A program made the translations under genes and the position numbers. The notes beneath the pieces were generated by a model that was given only the letters and a program-made list of their open reading frames with translations, was not told the origin of the DNA and searched no databases. Positions 19,609-31,305 of a stretch of DNA of 64,000 nt are shown here, piece by piece (position 1 is the first letter of the stretch; each line of letters opens with the position of its first letter). Where the stretch lies: assembly GCA_902798205.1 (NCBI GenBank), contig CADBVV010000004.1:21572-85571 (forward strand), in the 5' to 3' direction. The DNA is from an uncultured Pseudomonadota bacterium. GTDB lineage: Bacteria; Pseudomonadota; Alphaproteobacteria; Rs-D84.

Positions 19609-21393
19609 TTATTTTTCCTGTAAAAATCCGCCAGATTGCATTTGCCACAGGCGATAATATTCACCACGTTTACGTAACAATTGGTTATGTGTTCCCTGTT
19701 CAACAACAACACCTTCGTGTAACACGACAATTCTGTCCATATTGCGTAATGTCGATAAACGGTGCGCAATCGCAATCGTTGTATGCCCACGGGACAATTT
19801 ATCAAAAGATTTTTGTATTGATAATTCTGTTTCACTGTCCAGCGCAGATGTCGCTTCGTCCAGAACCAATATTGGCGCATTTTTAAGGAACGCACGCGCA
19901 ATCGCGATACGTTGACGTTGTCCACCTGATAATTTAATACCACGATCCCCGACCATTGAATCATAGCCCTTTTCTGTGCCCATGATAAATTTATCTGCAG
20001 ATGCCTTTTTGGAAGCCGTTCTTATTTCTTTAAGTGATGCACCAAATTTACCATATCCAATATTTTCTTTGATTGTTCGGTTAAACATCGTTGGATCTTG
20101 CGGGATAAATGATATATTTTCACGCAATGAATTTTGTGTGACATCTTTTATATTTTGACCATCTATGAATATTTCACCCTTTTGTGGTTCATAAAAACGC
20201 ATCAACAAATTTACCAATGTGGTTTTACCTGCCCCAGATTGTCCAACGATACCAACGCGTTCACCCGGCTTAATTTCCAAACACAAATCTTTTAACACAT
20301 ATTTATTTCTGTATTTGAAATATACATTTTTAAATTGAATAACACCTTTTTTGATACGCAAAGGTTTTGCATTTTCCGCATCAATAATATCCAACGGCAC
20401 AACCAATTCTTTATACGCCTTTTTAGCAGAAGCGGTTTTATCTATGATTTCAGGAAAACGATTAACCAAACCACCTATTGTTCCCATAACATTTAAATAT
20501 ACCGATATTGTGTAGACTATTTCTGATATTGCCATTTCACCGCGTTGATACAACATGCACGAAAAAAGTATTGTTGCACCAAACATTAAATCCCATAAAA
20601 TTCCAGGAATTCCCCAAAATAAACGTATTGTATAACGAGAATACATACTTTTTTGAATTTTATCTGCACGTGGTTCTTTTAATGTCTGTTGTTCCTTGTT
20701 CGCCCCAGAAAACAGTTTCACAATTGCATAATTTGAAAAACTATCTACTATTTTGCCATTTAATTTGCTGGTTGCAGCCGATAAATCTTCGCTGGCTTTT
20801 TTCACTTTCTTTCTTAAAATCCACGCATATAAAATTCTGAAAAATACTGCAAAGATAAAAAGATATGCAACATATCTGTTCACAGCAAACAATAATGTTC
20901 CATTAATTAAAATTACTAATACCCTGCATATAATTTCAAAAACATCGTAAAAAGCCATTGCACCATTTTCTATATATCCAATTTGGGTATTTATTGAACC
21001 AGACATTTTGCTTGCCCAAAACGACATAGATTGTTGATGTGTGTACCCAGTTAGTATTTCAGAGATTTTATTTCGTATTTCTGGTTGTGCATGTGAAGAC
21101 ACTGTTGATTGTATTAATTCACATACTGTCAAAGACATATTTATTATTGTAATCAGCAAAATCGTTGGCAATGCATATTTTATCAATCCCATACCTTCTG
21201 GAATAGGGTTTTCAAACAATGCCACAACCCAACGCTGAAAATTAGGAAAAATAACATTATTGCCAAGTGCCATAAACAAAAACACAATCATCCACAGCAA
21301 AAGCAATGATTTTTGACCATTAATCCCATATTTCCAATAAAAACCTAATAAAGATTTTGGTAATTCTGTTATATTTTCTATCATTTTTGACAT
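19609..21393 (-). CDS. ABC transporter, fused permease/ATPase (MsbA-like exporter)
   Basis: Six-TM domain followed by Walker A GQSGAGKT, the signature LSGGQRQRIAIARA and Walker B ILVLDEATSALD. ATG at 21393 after GGGGGGA. Confidence 0.8.
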   Translation of the reverse strand: MSKMIENITELPKSLLGFYWKYGINGQKSLLLLWMIVFLFMALGNNVIFPNFQRWVVALFENPIPEGMGLIKYALPTILLITIINMSLTVCELIQSTVSSHAQPEIRNKISEILTGYTHQQSMSFWASKMSGSINTQIGYIENGAMAFYDVFEIICRVLVILINGTLLFAVNRYVAYLFIFAVFFRILYAWILRKKVKKASEDLSAATSKLNGKIVDSFSNYAIVKLFSGANKEQQTLKEPRADKIQKSMYSRYTIRLFWGIPGILWDLMFGATILFSCMLYQRGEMAISEIVYTISVYLNVMGTIGGLVNRFPEIIDKTASAKKAYKELVVPLDIIDAENAKPLRIKKGVIQFKNVYFKYRNKYVLKDLCLEIKPGERVGIVGQSGAGKTTLVNLLMRFYEPQKGEIFIDGQNIKDVTQNSLRENISFIPQDPTMFNRTIKENIGYGKFGASLKEIRTASKKASADKFIMGTEKGYDSMVGDRGIKLSGGQRQRIAIARAFLKNAPILVLDEATSALDSETELSIQKSFDKLSRGHTTIAIAHRLSTLRNMDRIVVLHEGVVVEQGTHNQLLRKRGEYYRLWQMQSGGFLQEK

Positions 21394-21456
21394 AAAAAAT
21401 CCCCCCATACCATATATTGACAGTTTTGCACAAAGCATAGGAAAAAATCAATATAA

Positions 21457-23214
21457 TTATTTCACTATTTCATGGAAAATTGTGGCAGGTAATGTGCCAC
21501 CTGTAATCTTTGATGACATTGGTTTGTTATCGTCACGTCCAACCCAAACACCCATTACATAATTTGGCGTTGCACCAACAAACCATGCGTCCCTGTTATC
21601 GTTGCTGGTCCCGGTTTTTCCACCAAAGACATCTTTGGTATATGCACGTTTACCGGTTCCCTTGGTAACAACTTCATATAATAATTCTTTCATATATTCG
21701 ACAGTTTGTGGTTGCAATATCGTTATTTCTTCCGATGGATTGCGCGAATAAATTACATGTCCACCCACATCTGTTATCTTTGTAATAGAATACGGATGCA
21801 CAGATTTACCATCATTCCAAATAACCGAATATATTGTGGTTAAATCCAACAACGACATTTCTGAAGCCCCCAAAACAGTTGAATATTCTCGTTTCAAATT
21901 GTTTCCAACACCAAGGCGCGCCGCCATTTGCAAAACAGAATCTATACCATATTCCTTGGTCAATTTTAATGGTACCGAATTAACACTTTTCGCAAATGCC
22001 GTTGCTAATGTTATTCCACCATAATATCTTTCATCATAATTCTTTGGGTTATAATCACCAATTGCAAACGGGGAATCATTAACATAAGATTCCGGTGTCA
22101 TACCATTTTCCAATGCAACCAAATATACAACTGGTTTAAATGCAGATCCGGGCTGGCGTAATGCCAAAGCACGATTAAATTGGCTTTCCACATAATCGTC
22201 CCCACCCAACATTGAAACGATTGCACCATCACGTGCAACTGCAACAATTGCACCCTGATATTCGCCAATATTTGACGATAAAGACGTGGCAACTTGTTTC
22301 TGTAATTTAGTATCTAATGTAGTGTACACATACAAATCTTGATTTATTTCGCCCAGTCTTGATTCAATTTCATCACGAACAAAATCAGTCCAATAACGAT
22401 ATATATTTTTATCTTGTTGTTTTACAGATTGTTTTAATTCCGCAGACGCCGCGCGTGCCGCATCCAACGATATATAATTTTGTTTAACCATTTCGGTTAA
22501 CACTACTTTTGCACGTTTAATATTTCGTTCAGGATTTTTTATCGGGCTGTATGCACTGGGGGCCTTTAACATTGCGGCAATTTGCGCAGATTCCGCAAGG
22601 CTCATTTCGCGCGCGCCATGTCCAAAAAGCATATTTGATGCCGCATCTATGCCACGCATTCCGCCAACCAATGATATTCTGTTCATATACAAATCAAGAA
22701 TTTGATTTTTGCTGAATCTGTTTTCCAACCACAACGATAAAATTAATTCTTGGATTTTACGTGAAACTTTCTTTTCGCGGGACAAGAATATATTCTTTGC
22801 AGTTTGTTGTGTTATTGTCGAACCGCCTGCTGCAAAATGTCCATGAAACATGTTCAAAATCATCGCACGCAATGTTCCACGATATGATATTGCGCCATGT
22901 TCAAAAAATCTTTTGTCTTCTATTGCAACGATTGCCTGCCATACATGTGGTGGCAAATTATCAACAGATACCGCCGCACCCATTATGCGACCATCTGCAC
23001 GTATTTCACGTCCGTTTCTGTCTAAAAATACTATTGCAGGTTCGCGTGTTTCATGTAACACAGAATCAAGGGACGGCATTTGCAAAAACACAAACAAAAC
23101 ATACAAACCCGTGATTGCAACACAAATCAACCCCAAGTTCACAAAGAACGCCATCACACGCGATTTAAACGAACGCGTTTGTTCTTGTTTTTTGTTACGC
23201 AAATTTTTTTGCAT
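21457..23214 (-). CDS. class A penicillin-binding protein (transglycosylase + transpeptidase)
   Basis: GT51 motifs EDKRFFEHGAI, GGSTITQQ and RKIQE. Transpeptidase motifs SAFKP, SVN and KTGT. 585 aa, short for a PBP1A. Confidence 0.8.
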   Translation of the reverse strand: MQKNLRNKKQEQTRSFKSRVMAFFVNLGLICVAITGLYVLFVFLQMPSLDSVLHETREPAIVFLDRNGREIRADGRIMGAAVSVDNLPPHVWQAIVAIEDKRFFEHGAISYRGTLRAMILNMFHGHFAAGGSTITQQTAKNIFLSREKKVSRKIQELILSLWLENRFSKNQILDLYMNRISLVGGMRGIDAASNMLFGHGAREMSLAESAQIAAMLKAPSAYSPIKNPERNIKRAKVVLTEMVKQNYISLDAARAASAELKQSVKQQDKNIYRYWTDFVRDEIESRLGEINQDLYVYTTLDTKLQKQVATSLSSNIGEYQGAIVAVARDGAIVSMLGGDDYVESQFNRALALRQPGSAFKPVVYLVALENGMTPESYVNDSPFAIGDYNPKNYDERYYGGITLATAFAKSVNSVPLKLTKEYGIDSVLQMAARLGVGNNLKREYSTVLGASEMSLLDLTTIYSVIWNDGKSVHPYSITKITDVGGHVIYSRNPSEEITILQPQTVEYMKELLYEVVTKGTGKRAYTKDVFGGKTGTSNDNRDAWFVGATPNYVMGVWVGRDDNKPMSSKITGGTLPATIFHEIVK

Positions 23215-23222
23215 TATCCCCC

Positions 23223-25241
<2,019 letters not shown>

Positions 25242-25249
25242 TCATAAAT

Positions 25250-25280
25250 AAAAAAACCGCCAATTTGGCGGTAAATTTTT
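25250..25280 (-). terminator. intrinsic terminator (CCGCC-AATTT-GGCGG)
   Basis: GC stem flanked by A and T runs, between ligA and the SIMPL gene. Confidence 0.5.
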
Positions 25281-26025
25281 ATTTCAAAAAGAACGTTATT
25301 GTTGAAACCACACGAACACGTTTATTAATAGCCTGTCTTTCGTTATCAGACCACGCATCAACTTGATCGCGTGCAGAGATACTGAAAGTTCCCTGATTTG
25401 CGGTTTTAATTTTACCCAATGTTGCACCGGCATCTTTTGCAAATTGTTCACCCGCAGCGGTTGCGTTTTTGGTTGCCAATTCAATCATCTTTATTTTTAT
25501 ATCATTAAGTCCATTAAACACATAAATTGGCCCCGCATAATCTTCGGTTACGGTTACACCTTGACGCACTAAATCACCCATTTTACGCGATACAGAATCA
25601 ACCAAATTCACAGATTTAGAACGAACCATAACACCTGTTTCAATAACATATCTGTCTGTCTTTTCTTGATCCATACGTTGTGCATCACTGTATCCTGCAA
25701 ATTTATCACGCACGGTTATACGTAAATTTTGTAATTCGTTTTCTTCGAAACCATTATCTGTCAGGAATTTACGTGTTTTCACAATATCATTATCAATATC
25801 AGATTGAACACGTGTTAAATCACCACCAACACGATTAAATTTAATGTTCCAAACGGCAGTATCTGCGACAACATCCATTTCCGCCAATCCCTTTACAGTG
25901 ACGGTACGCGATGCGACAGATTGATACACCCCGTTTCCAATAAAAAAGCCACCCAGCGCAACACCAAACGCCATGATTGCAACCCAAATTGTTGGTAAAT
26001 TTTTTAACTTTTCAGATATTTTCAT
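25279..26025 (-). CDS. SIMPL-domain periplasmic protein (DUF541, BP26/YggE-like)
   Basis: N-terminal TM or signal segment and SIMPL-like composition. ATG with a GGGGGAAAG Shine-Dalgarno. Confidence 0.55.
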   Translation of the reverse strand: MKISEKLKNLPTIWVAIMAFGVALGGFFIGNGVYQSVASRTVTVKGLAEMDVVADTAVWNIKFNRVGGDLTRVQSDIDNDIVKTRKFLTDNGFEENELQNLRITVRDKFAGYSDAQRMDQEKTDRYVIETGVMVRSKSVNLVDSVSRKMGDLVRQGVTVTEDYAGPIYVFNGLNDIKIKMIELATKNATAAGEQFAKDAGATLGKIKTANQGTFSISARDQVDAWSDNERQAINKRVRVVSTITFFLK

Positions 26026-26155
26026 TTCTTTCCCCCTGCGTAATTAAATAACGATACGATTATAGTGTTATAAATAAAATATTGCAAGTTTAAAAAATTA
26101 TTTTCTTGTAAAAAATTATGAAAATTTTTATTGTCCACACAGAAAGGAGTCAAAA

Positions 26156-27178
26156 ATGAAATGGTCAATCATATTAGCAATTATCGTAATTTTCGGAATT
26201 TTGGGATATTTTCTTATACCATGCAACAAATGGGATAATGTGTTTCCAAAGAACCCAAATGTTATCACACAAAAGGTACATTTTCACAATCGTTATGGTA
26301 TAAAACTTACTGGCGATTTATATATGCCTAAAAATAAATCCGCCGAAAAAATGCCGGCCATCGCAATATCTGGTCCATTTGGTGCGGTCAAAGAACAATC
26401 ATCTGGATTGTATGCCCAAGAAATGGCCGCACGTGGATTTATAACTTTGGCTTTTGATCCATCGTTTACTGGCGAAAGTGGTGGAGATGTTCGTTATGTC
26501 GCATCCCCAGATATAAACACCGAAGATTTTTCTGCGGCTGTTGATTATTTGAGCAACCGCAAAGATGTTGATGCAGAAAAAATCGGTATTATTGGTATTT
26601 GTGGGTGGGGTGGCATGGCAATTAATGCAGCGGCCATGGATACACGTATAAAAGCAACTGTTGCATCAACAATGTATGATATGACACGTGTTACGGCTAA
26701 TGGTTATTTTGATGCAGACGATAATGCAGATGCACGTTTTGCAACCAAAAAGTCATTAAACGAACAACGCACAATTGATTATAAAAACGGCAAATACGAT
26801 TTGGCCGGCGGTGTTGTTGACCCATTACCAGAAGATGCACCACAATTTGTAAAAGATTATTATGCATATTACAAAACACCACGTGGTTATCATAAACGTT
26901 CATTAAATTCTAATGGTGGATGGAACAAGACAAGTTCTTTGTCTTTTATCAATATGCCTATTTTACAACGCGCAGATGAAATACGCACACCTGTATTATT
27001 AGTGCATGGCGAAAACGCACACAGCCGTTATTTCAGCGAAGGCGCCTTTGCTAAATTAACTGGCGACAACAAAGAATTGATGATAATTCCTGGTGCAAAC
27101 CATGTTGATTTATATGACAACATGGAAAAAATACCATTTAATAAATTAGAACAATTCTTTAAAACAAATTTGAAATAA
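26156..27178 (+). CDS. alpha/beta hydrolase, dienelactone-hydrolase-like (GxCxG nucleophile elbow)
   Basis: AAAGGAG Shine-Dalgarno and N-terminal TM segment. The GICGWGG motif suggests a Cys nucleophile as in dienelactone hydrolases. Confidence 0.5.
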   Translation: MKWSIILAIIVIFGILGYFLIPCNKWDNVFPKNPNVITQKVHFHNRYGIKLTGDLYMPKNKSAEKMPAIAISGPFGAVKEQSSGLYAQEMAARGFITLAFDPSFTGESGGDVRYVASPDINTEDFSAAVDYLSNRKDVDAEKIGIIGICGWGGMAINAAAMDTRIKATVASTMYDMTRVTANGYFDADDNADARFATKKSLNEQRTIDYKNGKYDLAGGVVDPLPEDAPQFVKDYYAYYKTPRGYHKRSLNSNGGWNKTSSLSFINMPILQRADEIRTPVLLVHGENAHSRYFSEGAFAKLTGDNKELMIIPGANHVDLYDNMEKIPFNKLEQFFKTNLK

Positions 27179-27190
27179 AAAGGACAAACG

Positions 27191-27703
27191 ATGAAAATAT
27201 TGGTATTAAACGGCAGTCCAACCCCAAATGGTAACACAATCGCATTGGTAAACGCTTTCAAAGAAGGTGCCGAATCCAAGGGACACGATGTCAATGTTGT
27301 AAATGTTGCCCACAAAAATATCAAGGGATGTATGGCATGTAATTTCTGCAAACGTAACAACGGTCAATGCGTTCAAAAAGATGATATGCAAGAAATTTAC
27401 CCATTGATTCAAGACGCAGATATGATTGTATTCGCATCACCAATTTACTATTTCATTATGTCTGGACAATTGGAATCTGTTATCCATCGTTTCTATGCAA
27501 TAAATGCGCCAGAAAAAGCAAAATACAGTGCGTTGTTATTGTCGTCTTATTCACCAAATGTTTATACCGGCGCAATCGCACAATACAAAGATATGATTGC
27601 GTATATGGGTATGTCTGACAAAGGTATTGTAACGGCAGATAATTCAACAAATAAAACACCTGCAAAACTGGCGGAAGCACGTGCATTGGGCGAAAGTTTA
27701 TAA
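27191..27703 (+). CDS. NAD(P)H-dependent FMN reductase / flavodoxin-like oxidoreductase
   Basis: MKILVLNGSPTPNGNT N-terminus, typical of the FMN_red family. Confidence 0.6.
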   Translation: MKILVLNGSPTPNGNTIALVNAFKEGAESKGHDVNVVNVAHKNIKGCMACNFCKRNNGQCVQKDDMQEIYPLIQDADMIVFASPIYYFIMSGQLESVIHRFYAINAPEKAKYSALLLSSYSPNVYTGAIAQYKDMIAYMGMSDKGIVTADNSTNKTPAKLAEARALGESL

Positions 27704-27718
27704 TTACAGGGGGACAAC

Positions 27719-28252
27719 ATGAAAAAAATTTTGTTTATTTTATCATTATTTTTGCCATTTATGGCACATGCGGATAACAACAAAATCTTGGTTGCATATT
27801 TCAGTGCAACCGGAACAACTGCAGAAGTCGCACAAAAATTGGCAACCGCTATAAATGCTGATTTATTCGAAATTGTACCAGAACAACCGTATACATCTGA
27901 TGATTTGAATTGGCAAAACAATCAAAGTCGTACATCGATTGAAATGGGCGACAAAAATTCACGTCCCGCAATCGCATCAAAAATCGAAGACATATCGCAA
28001 TACAATATTGTCTTTGTTGGATCACCAATCTGGTGGGGACGCGAACCATCCATAATGGATACATTTATCGAAAGTTATGATTTTGCCGGCAAAACAGTGA
28101 TACCATTTGCCACATCAGGCAGCAGTGGTATCGGTGATTACGGTGCAAATTTACAAGCATTGGCACCAGATGCAAAAGTTCTGACAGGAAAAAGATTTCC
28201 GGCCGATGTTTCAGGTGAAGAATTAAAAACCTGGGCCGACGAACAAATGTAA
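27719..28252 (+). CDS. flavodoxin-family protein with N-terminal signal peptide
   Basis: Signal peptide MKKILFILSLFLPFMAHA followed by KILVAYFSATGTTAEVA, a flavodoxin-like FMN-binding start. Confidence 0.5.
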   Translation: MKKILFILSLFLPFMAHADNNKILVAYFSATGTTAEVAQKLATAINADLFEIVPEQPYTSDDLNWQNNQSRTSIEMGDKNSRPAIASKIEDISQYNIVFVGSPIWWGREPSIMDTFIESYDFAGKTVIPFATSGSSGIGDYGANLQALAPDAKVLTGKRFPADVSGEELKTWADEQM

Positions 28253-28291
28253 AAAACACCGCCACTTTGGGCGGTATTTTAATTTATGGGG
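28253..28291. repeat. 39-bp direct repeat copy A (terminator hairpin CACCGCC-ACTTT-GGGCGGT plus TATTTTAATTTATGGGG)
   Basis: Exact 39-mer repeated at 28517..28555. Confidence 0.85.
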
Positions 28292-28379
28292 CGGGAGAAC
28301 CTTCCTCAATACACAATCTCCTATTCACGAAGTTTGTATGCTCGATTTTTAAACCTTGCTAACGCTGCGGTAAAAATCG

Positions 28380-28505
28380 GCATCGGGTGACCAGATTGCT
28401 TCGCTGTCGCTACGTTCCCTTGGCTCGTTCGCTTTGCGAACCGGCATACTTCCGTTTGCCTCTCGCCTGCGGGTCGAACTGGCTTCTGCCGGTTCTAAAA
28501 TCTGG
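28380..28505 (-). pseudogene. tRNA-His-derived 3' fragment (anticodon-stem 3' side to acceptor 3' strand) interrupted by a 77-nt GC-rich insert in the T-loop; putative attL region
   Basis: Minus strand reads GCCAGTTCGA, then 77 nt, then AATCTGGTCACCCG. The intact tRNA-His at 40835..40912 reads GCCAGTTCGAATCTGGTCACCCGCC. 28384..28397 is an exact 14-bp repeat of the tRNA-His 3' end. Confidence 0.45.
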
Positions 28506-28516
28506 TCACACCTAAT

Positions 28517-28555
28517 AAATTAAAACACCGCCACTTTGGGCGGTATTTTAATTTA
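28517..28555. repeat. 39-bp direct repeat copy B
   Basis: Identical to 28253..28291. The two copies bracket the GC-rich tRNA-His-like fragment. Confidence 0.85.
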
Positions 28556-28656
28556 TGGGGCCCCGATTTTGACACAACACCACCAGATATTGTGCAGGAA
28601 ACCTTGGGGTTATCACATTTATTAACTGAAATTATGGACGAAATAGAAAAAACATA

Positions 28657-28685
28657 TTTACAACCTGACTTTGATACATTATAAT
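28657..28685 (+). promoter_or_regulatory. sigma70-like promoter (TTTACA-N17-TATAAT) upstream of hipB
   Basis: Near-consensus -35 and -10 hexamers with a 17-nt spacer, about 28 nt upstream of the hipB ATG. Confidence 0.4.
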
Positions 28686-28713
28686 ATAATATATTATCTA
28701 AAATGGATTAAAA

Positions 28714-28998
28714 ATGACAGAATTAGACAACATATTATCTATTAAACAAGGTATCGCTAAAAGATTGCATACAGCACGCAGAAACACCAAAATTTCACAG
28801 ATTGTTTTGGCACAGCGTTCTGGCGTTTCGCTTGGATCTATCAAACGTTTTGAAAGAACGGGTGAGATATCTTTGTCATCTTTACTAAAACTTGCGATGG
28901 TTTTGGGTTATGAATCTGATTTTAATACCCTGTTCACACGCAAGAATTATCAATCCATATTCGATGTAGTAAAAGACGGGGGCAACAATGCAAAATAA
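28714..28998 (+). CDS. hipB: HTH XRE-family antitoxin (HipB-like)
   Basis: HTH_XRE signature QIVLAQRSGVSLGSIKRFERTG. Overlaps the start of hipA by 11 nt. Confidence 0.7.
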   Translation: MTELDNILSIKQGIAKRLHTARRNTKISQIVLAQRSGVSLGSIKRFERTGEISLSSLLKLAMVLGYESDFNTLFTRKNYQSIFDVVKDGGNNAK

Positions 28999-30109
28999 AA
29001 TGTTAATCGTAAAATATCATGGTTCTATTGTTGGTCGTTTGGCATTAACACCTGATAATCTTATGGCTTTTGAATACGATGCCGGCTGGTTGGAAAACGG
29101 GTTCAGTATATCACCTTTCAAACTACCACTGGAAAAGAAAGTTTTTATTGCTAATCGCGACCCGTTTGATGGTGTATTTGGGGTATTTAACGATTGCTTG
29201 CCTGATAACTGGGGGAAATTATTGGTAAATCGTGAACTACAAAGACGTGGCATAGCACCAAACAGTATATCTGTCCTGGACAGATTAGCCATAGTTGGGA
29301 AAAATGGTCCTGGGGCCTTGGAATTTGAACCAAGTGAAGATTTTGCCCAAGAATACAAAGATTCTGATTTGGATACCATCGCCAACGAAATCAACAAAAT
29401 CATTGACGATGCAACTGTTATTACCGAAGATTCTGTTACCGAAGAATTATTCAGAATTGGTGGTTCGTCTGGTGGCACACGTCCAAAGATATTCCGTAAA
29501 TTCGAAGATGGCGATTGGATTATAAAGTTTCGTGCTGCCGTTGATCCTGCGGACATTGGCAAAAAGGAATTTGATATTATGGAATTGGCACAAAAAGCAG
29601 GTCTGGAAGCACCAGAACACAAATTATTCAATAACAAGTATTTTGGTGTAAAACGTTTTGACAGAAAACCAAATGGCGAAAAAGTGTTTATGATTTCTGC
29701 ATCGGGTTTATTAGATGCAGACCACAACCAACCTGTATTAGATTATACTGATTTGTTATCATTAACCGCAAAACTTACCCGTAATATGGTTGAAGTCGAA
29801 AAGATGTTCCGCCTTATGGTGTTTAACGTTTGGATAAACAACACAGACGACCATGCAAAGAACTTTGCATTTTTATATGATGGCAAAGATTGGAAATTAT
29901 CCCCTGCTTTCGACCTTACCCAGACAGTTGGGACATGGGAACACGCAACATCTGTAAATCACAAAGGCACAAATATAACCGGTGCAGACACACTGGCTGT
30001 GGCACATAAAATCGGTCTGACCGACAAACAAGCCGGCGATATTATGCTGGAAGTCAAAGATGCTATAGATCAATGGGATGAACAACATGGAACTAAAACC
30101 AAAAGATAG
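28988..30109 (+). CDS. hipA: HipA-family serine/threonine kinase toxin
   Basis: HipA N-terminal domain (LIVKYHGSIVGRL...), catalytic loop DDHAKNFAF and NVWINNTDDH. Confidence 0.8.
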   Translation: MQNKMLIVKYHGSIVGRLALTPDNLMAFEYDAGWLENGFSISPFKLPLEKKVFIANRDPFDGVFGVFNDCLPDNWGKLLVNRELQRRGIAPNSISVLDRLAIVGKNGPGALEFEPSEDFAQEYKDSDLDTIANEINKIIDDATVITEDSVTEELFRIGGSSGGTRPKIFRKFEDGDWIIKFRAAVDPADIGKKEFDIMELAQKAGLEAPEHKLFNNKYFGVKRFDRKPNGEKVFMISASGLLDADHNQPVLDYTDLLSLTAKLTRNMVEVEKMFRLMVFNVWINNTDDHAKNFAFLYDGKDWKLSPAFDLTQTVGTWEHATSVNHKGTNITGADTLAVAHKIGLTDKQAGDIMLEVKDAIDQWDEQHGTKTKR

Positions 30110-30719
30110 AGAAAAACTTAACCATCTTGTCTCTGAACTATTTAAAATGGCTTTAAGTGCCTATGTTGATTGCTTTATTTACCTGGAATCCCACCTCCGC
30201 AAAAACAATAGTTTTATTTTTATTTATAGTAGAAGTGCTATCCAAGAACGATTGATTATCGCAGTCAAAAAACTTATAGAACCTGCCAAATCTGATAAGC
30301 TCACAATGTTTTCTATAGGCAAAATTATCGAAAAACCAGATTTTTGTGATAGTTTACAAGACAAAAAAGGCATAAAATATATTTACACAGATAGATTAAA
30401 AGAAATTTTCAATTCGGTTCATGCTAAAAGATTAAAAGACATGAGAGATGCCTTCTGTCATAATTTTTGCGACGAAAAGAATGGGATACGTGGATATTGC
30501 AAAGATTTTATGATTGTTCTACAAGAATGTTTGAATATACTATCTGACGTTAAAGAACAAATACTGGATCAACCAGAAACAAGATTTCAACAAGTAAAAG
30601 ATTTAGCATTAAAAATATCCAAAGATTATTGGAATTGTGTGATATCTGGTGCAAAAAAATCTAAAATAACAGATAAAGATTTAAAAATGCTATCCTCTTT
30701 TATTGGCAACATGCTATAA
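30078..30719 (+). CDS. hypothetical alpha-helical protein with HEPN-like Rx4HN motif; third gene of the hipBA operon
   Basis: Overlaps the hipA 3' end by 32 nt. Contains RDAFCHNF (Rx4H followed by N). 213 aa. No other recognised domain. Confidence 0.35.
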   Translation: MNNMELKPKDREKLNHLVSELFKMALSAYVDCFIYLESHLRKNNSFIFIYSRSAIQERLIIAVKKLIEPAKSDKLTMFSIGKIIEKPDFCDSLQDKKGIKYIYTDRLKEIFNSVHAKRLKDMRDAFCHNFCDEKNGIRGYCKDFMIVLQECLNILSDVKEQILDQPETRFQQVKDLALKISKDYWNCVISGAKKSKITDKDLKMLSSFIGNML

Positions 30720-30720
30720 C

Positions 30721-31305
30721 CTAGATCTTTGCTAATTCGACAGCATTCATTAATTGTTGCGGATTATGGTTATAATATCTCTGAGTGGTCTGAATATTTC
30801 TGTGATTCACAAGTGTTTTTACTAAAAATGGATTTGTTCCGTTGTTAATCAATTTGGTTATAAACATGTGCCTGCCAAGATGCGAAGCCCCATGAATACC
30901 AAATTTGTTATAAATATCGTGAAATATTCTGCTGATTGATACCCTGTTAAAAGGTTTATTCATTTTCTGTGATGTAAACAAATAAGTATCAGGTTGCAAT
31001 TTATCACCATATTTCTTTTTCAAATATTCATGGTATACTTCAAATTCTTTCTTAAACTGTTTGTTAACATAATATTGAGCCGCGAATTTTCCCTTGTTTT
31101 TATCTTTACCCAAATCAATAACATTCTTAACAGACCCATCTGGGTTATATATGTCTTTTAATTGCAAATAAGCAAAATTAATACTTCTCATCCCATTGAT
31201 AGAACAAAAGAACATCATACGAAGCATGTCACCATGATTCAACCCTTTTATATAAGTCAAAATATCTTTGATCTGGCTGTCAGATATAAAATCGCCATTT
31301 ACCAT
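30721..31305 (-). CDS. tyrosine recombinase, catalytic domain only (194 aa; truncated or minimal integrase)
   Basis: Conserved Arg (INGMRS), HLGRH box and C-terminal TTQRYY with the nucleophile Tyr. The N-terminal core-binding domain is absent. Confidence 0.6.
   Translation of the reverse strand: MVNGDFISDSQIKDILTYIKGLNHGDMLRMMFFCSINGMRSINFAYLQLKDIYNPDGSVKNVIDLGKDKNKGKFAAQYYVNKQFKKEFEVYHEYLKKKYGDKLQPDTYLFTSQKMNKPFNRVSISRIFHDIYNKFGIHGASHLGRHMFITKLINNGTNPFLVKTLVNHRNIQTTQRYYNHNPQQLMNAVELAKI

Noticed and set aside
19557-19964. 135-aa minus-strand ORF and other >60-aa ORFs antisense to the ABC transporter, rne, ligA and PBP genes
   Set aside because: They lie inside or opposite strongly supported conserved genes and have no start context.
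28290-28520. Possible tmRNA (ssrA) or other housekeeping RNA in the GC-rich segment
   Set aside because: No tag-peptide reading frame (ANDN...AA-stop) in any frame. No GGGG...CCA-paired acceptor. No SRP or RNase P conserved motifs. It is better explained as a tRNA-His 3' fragment with an insert.
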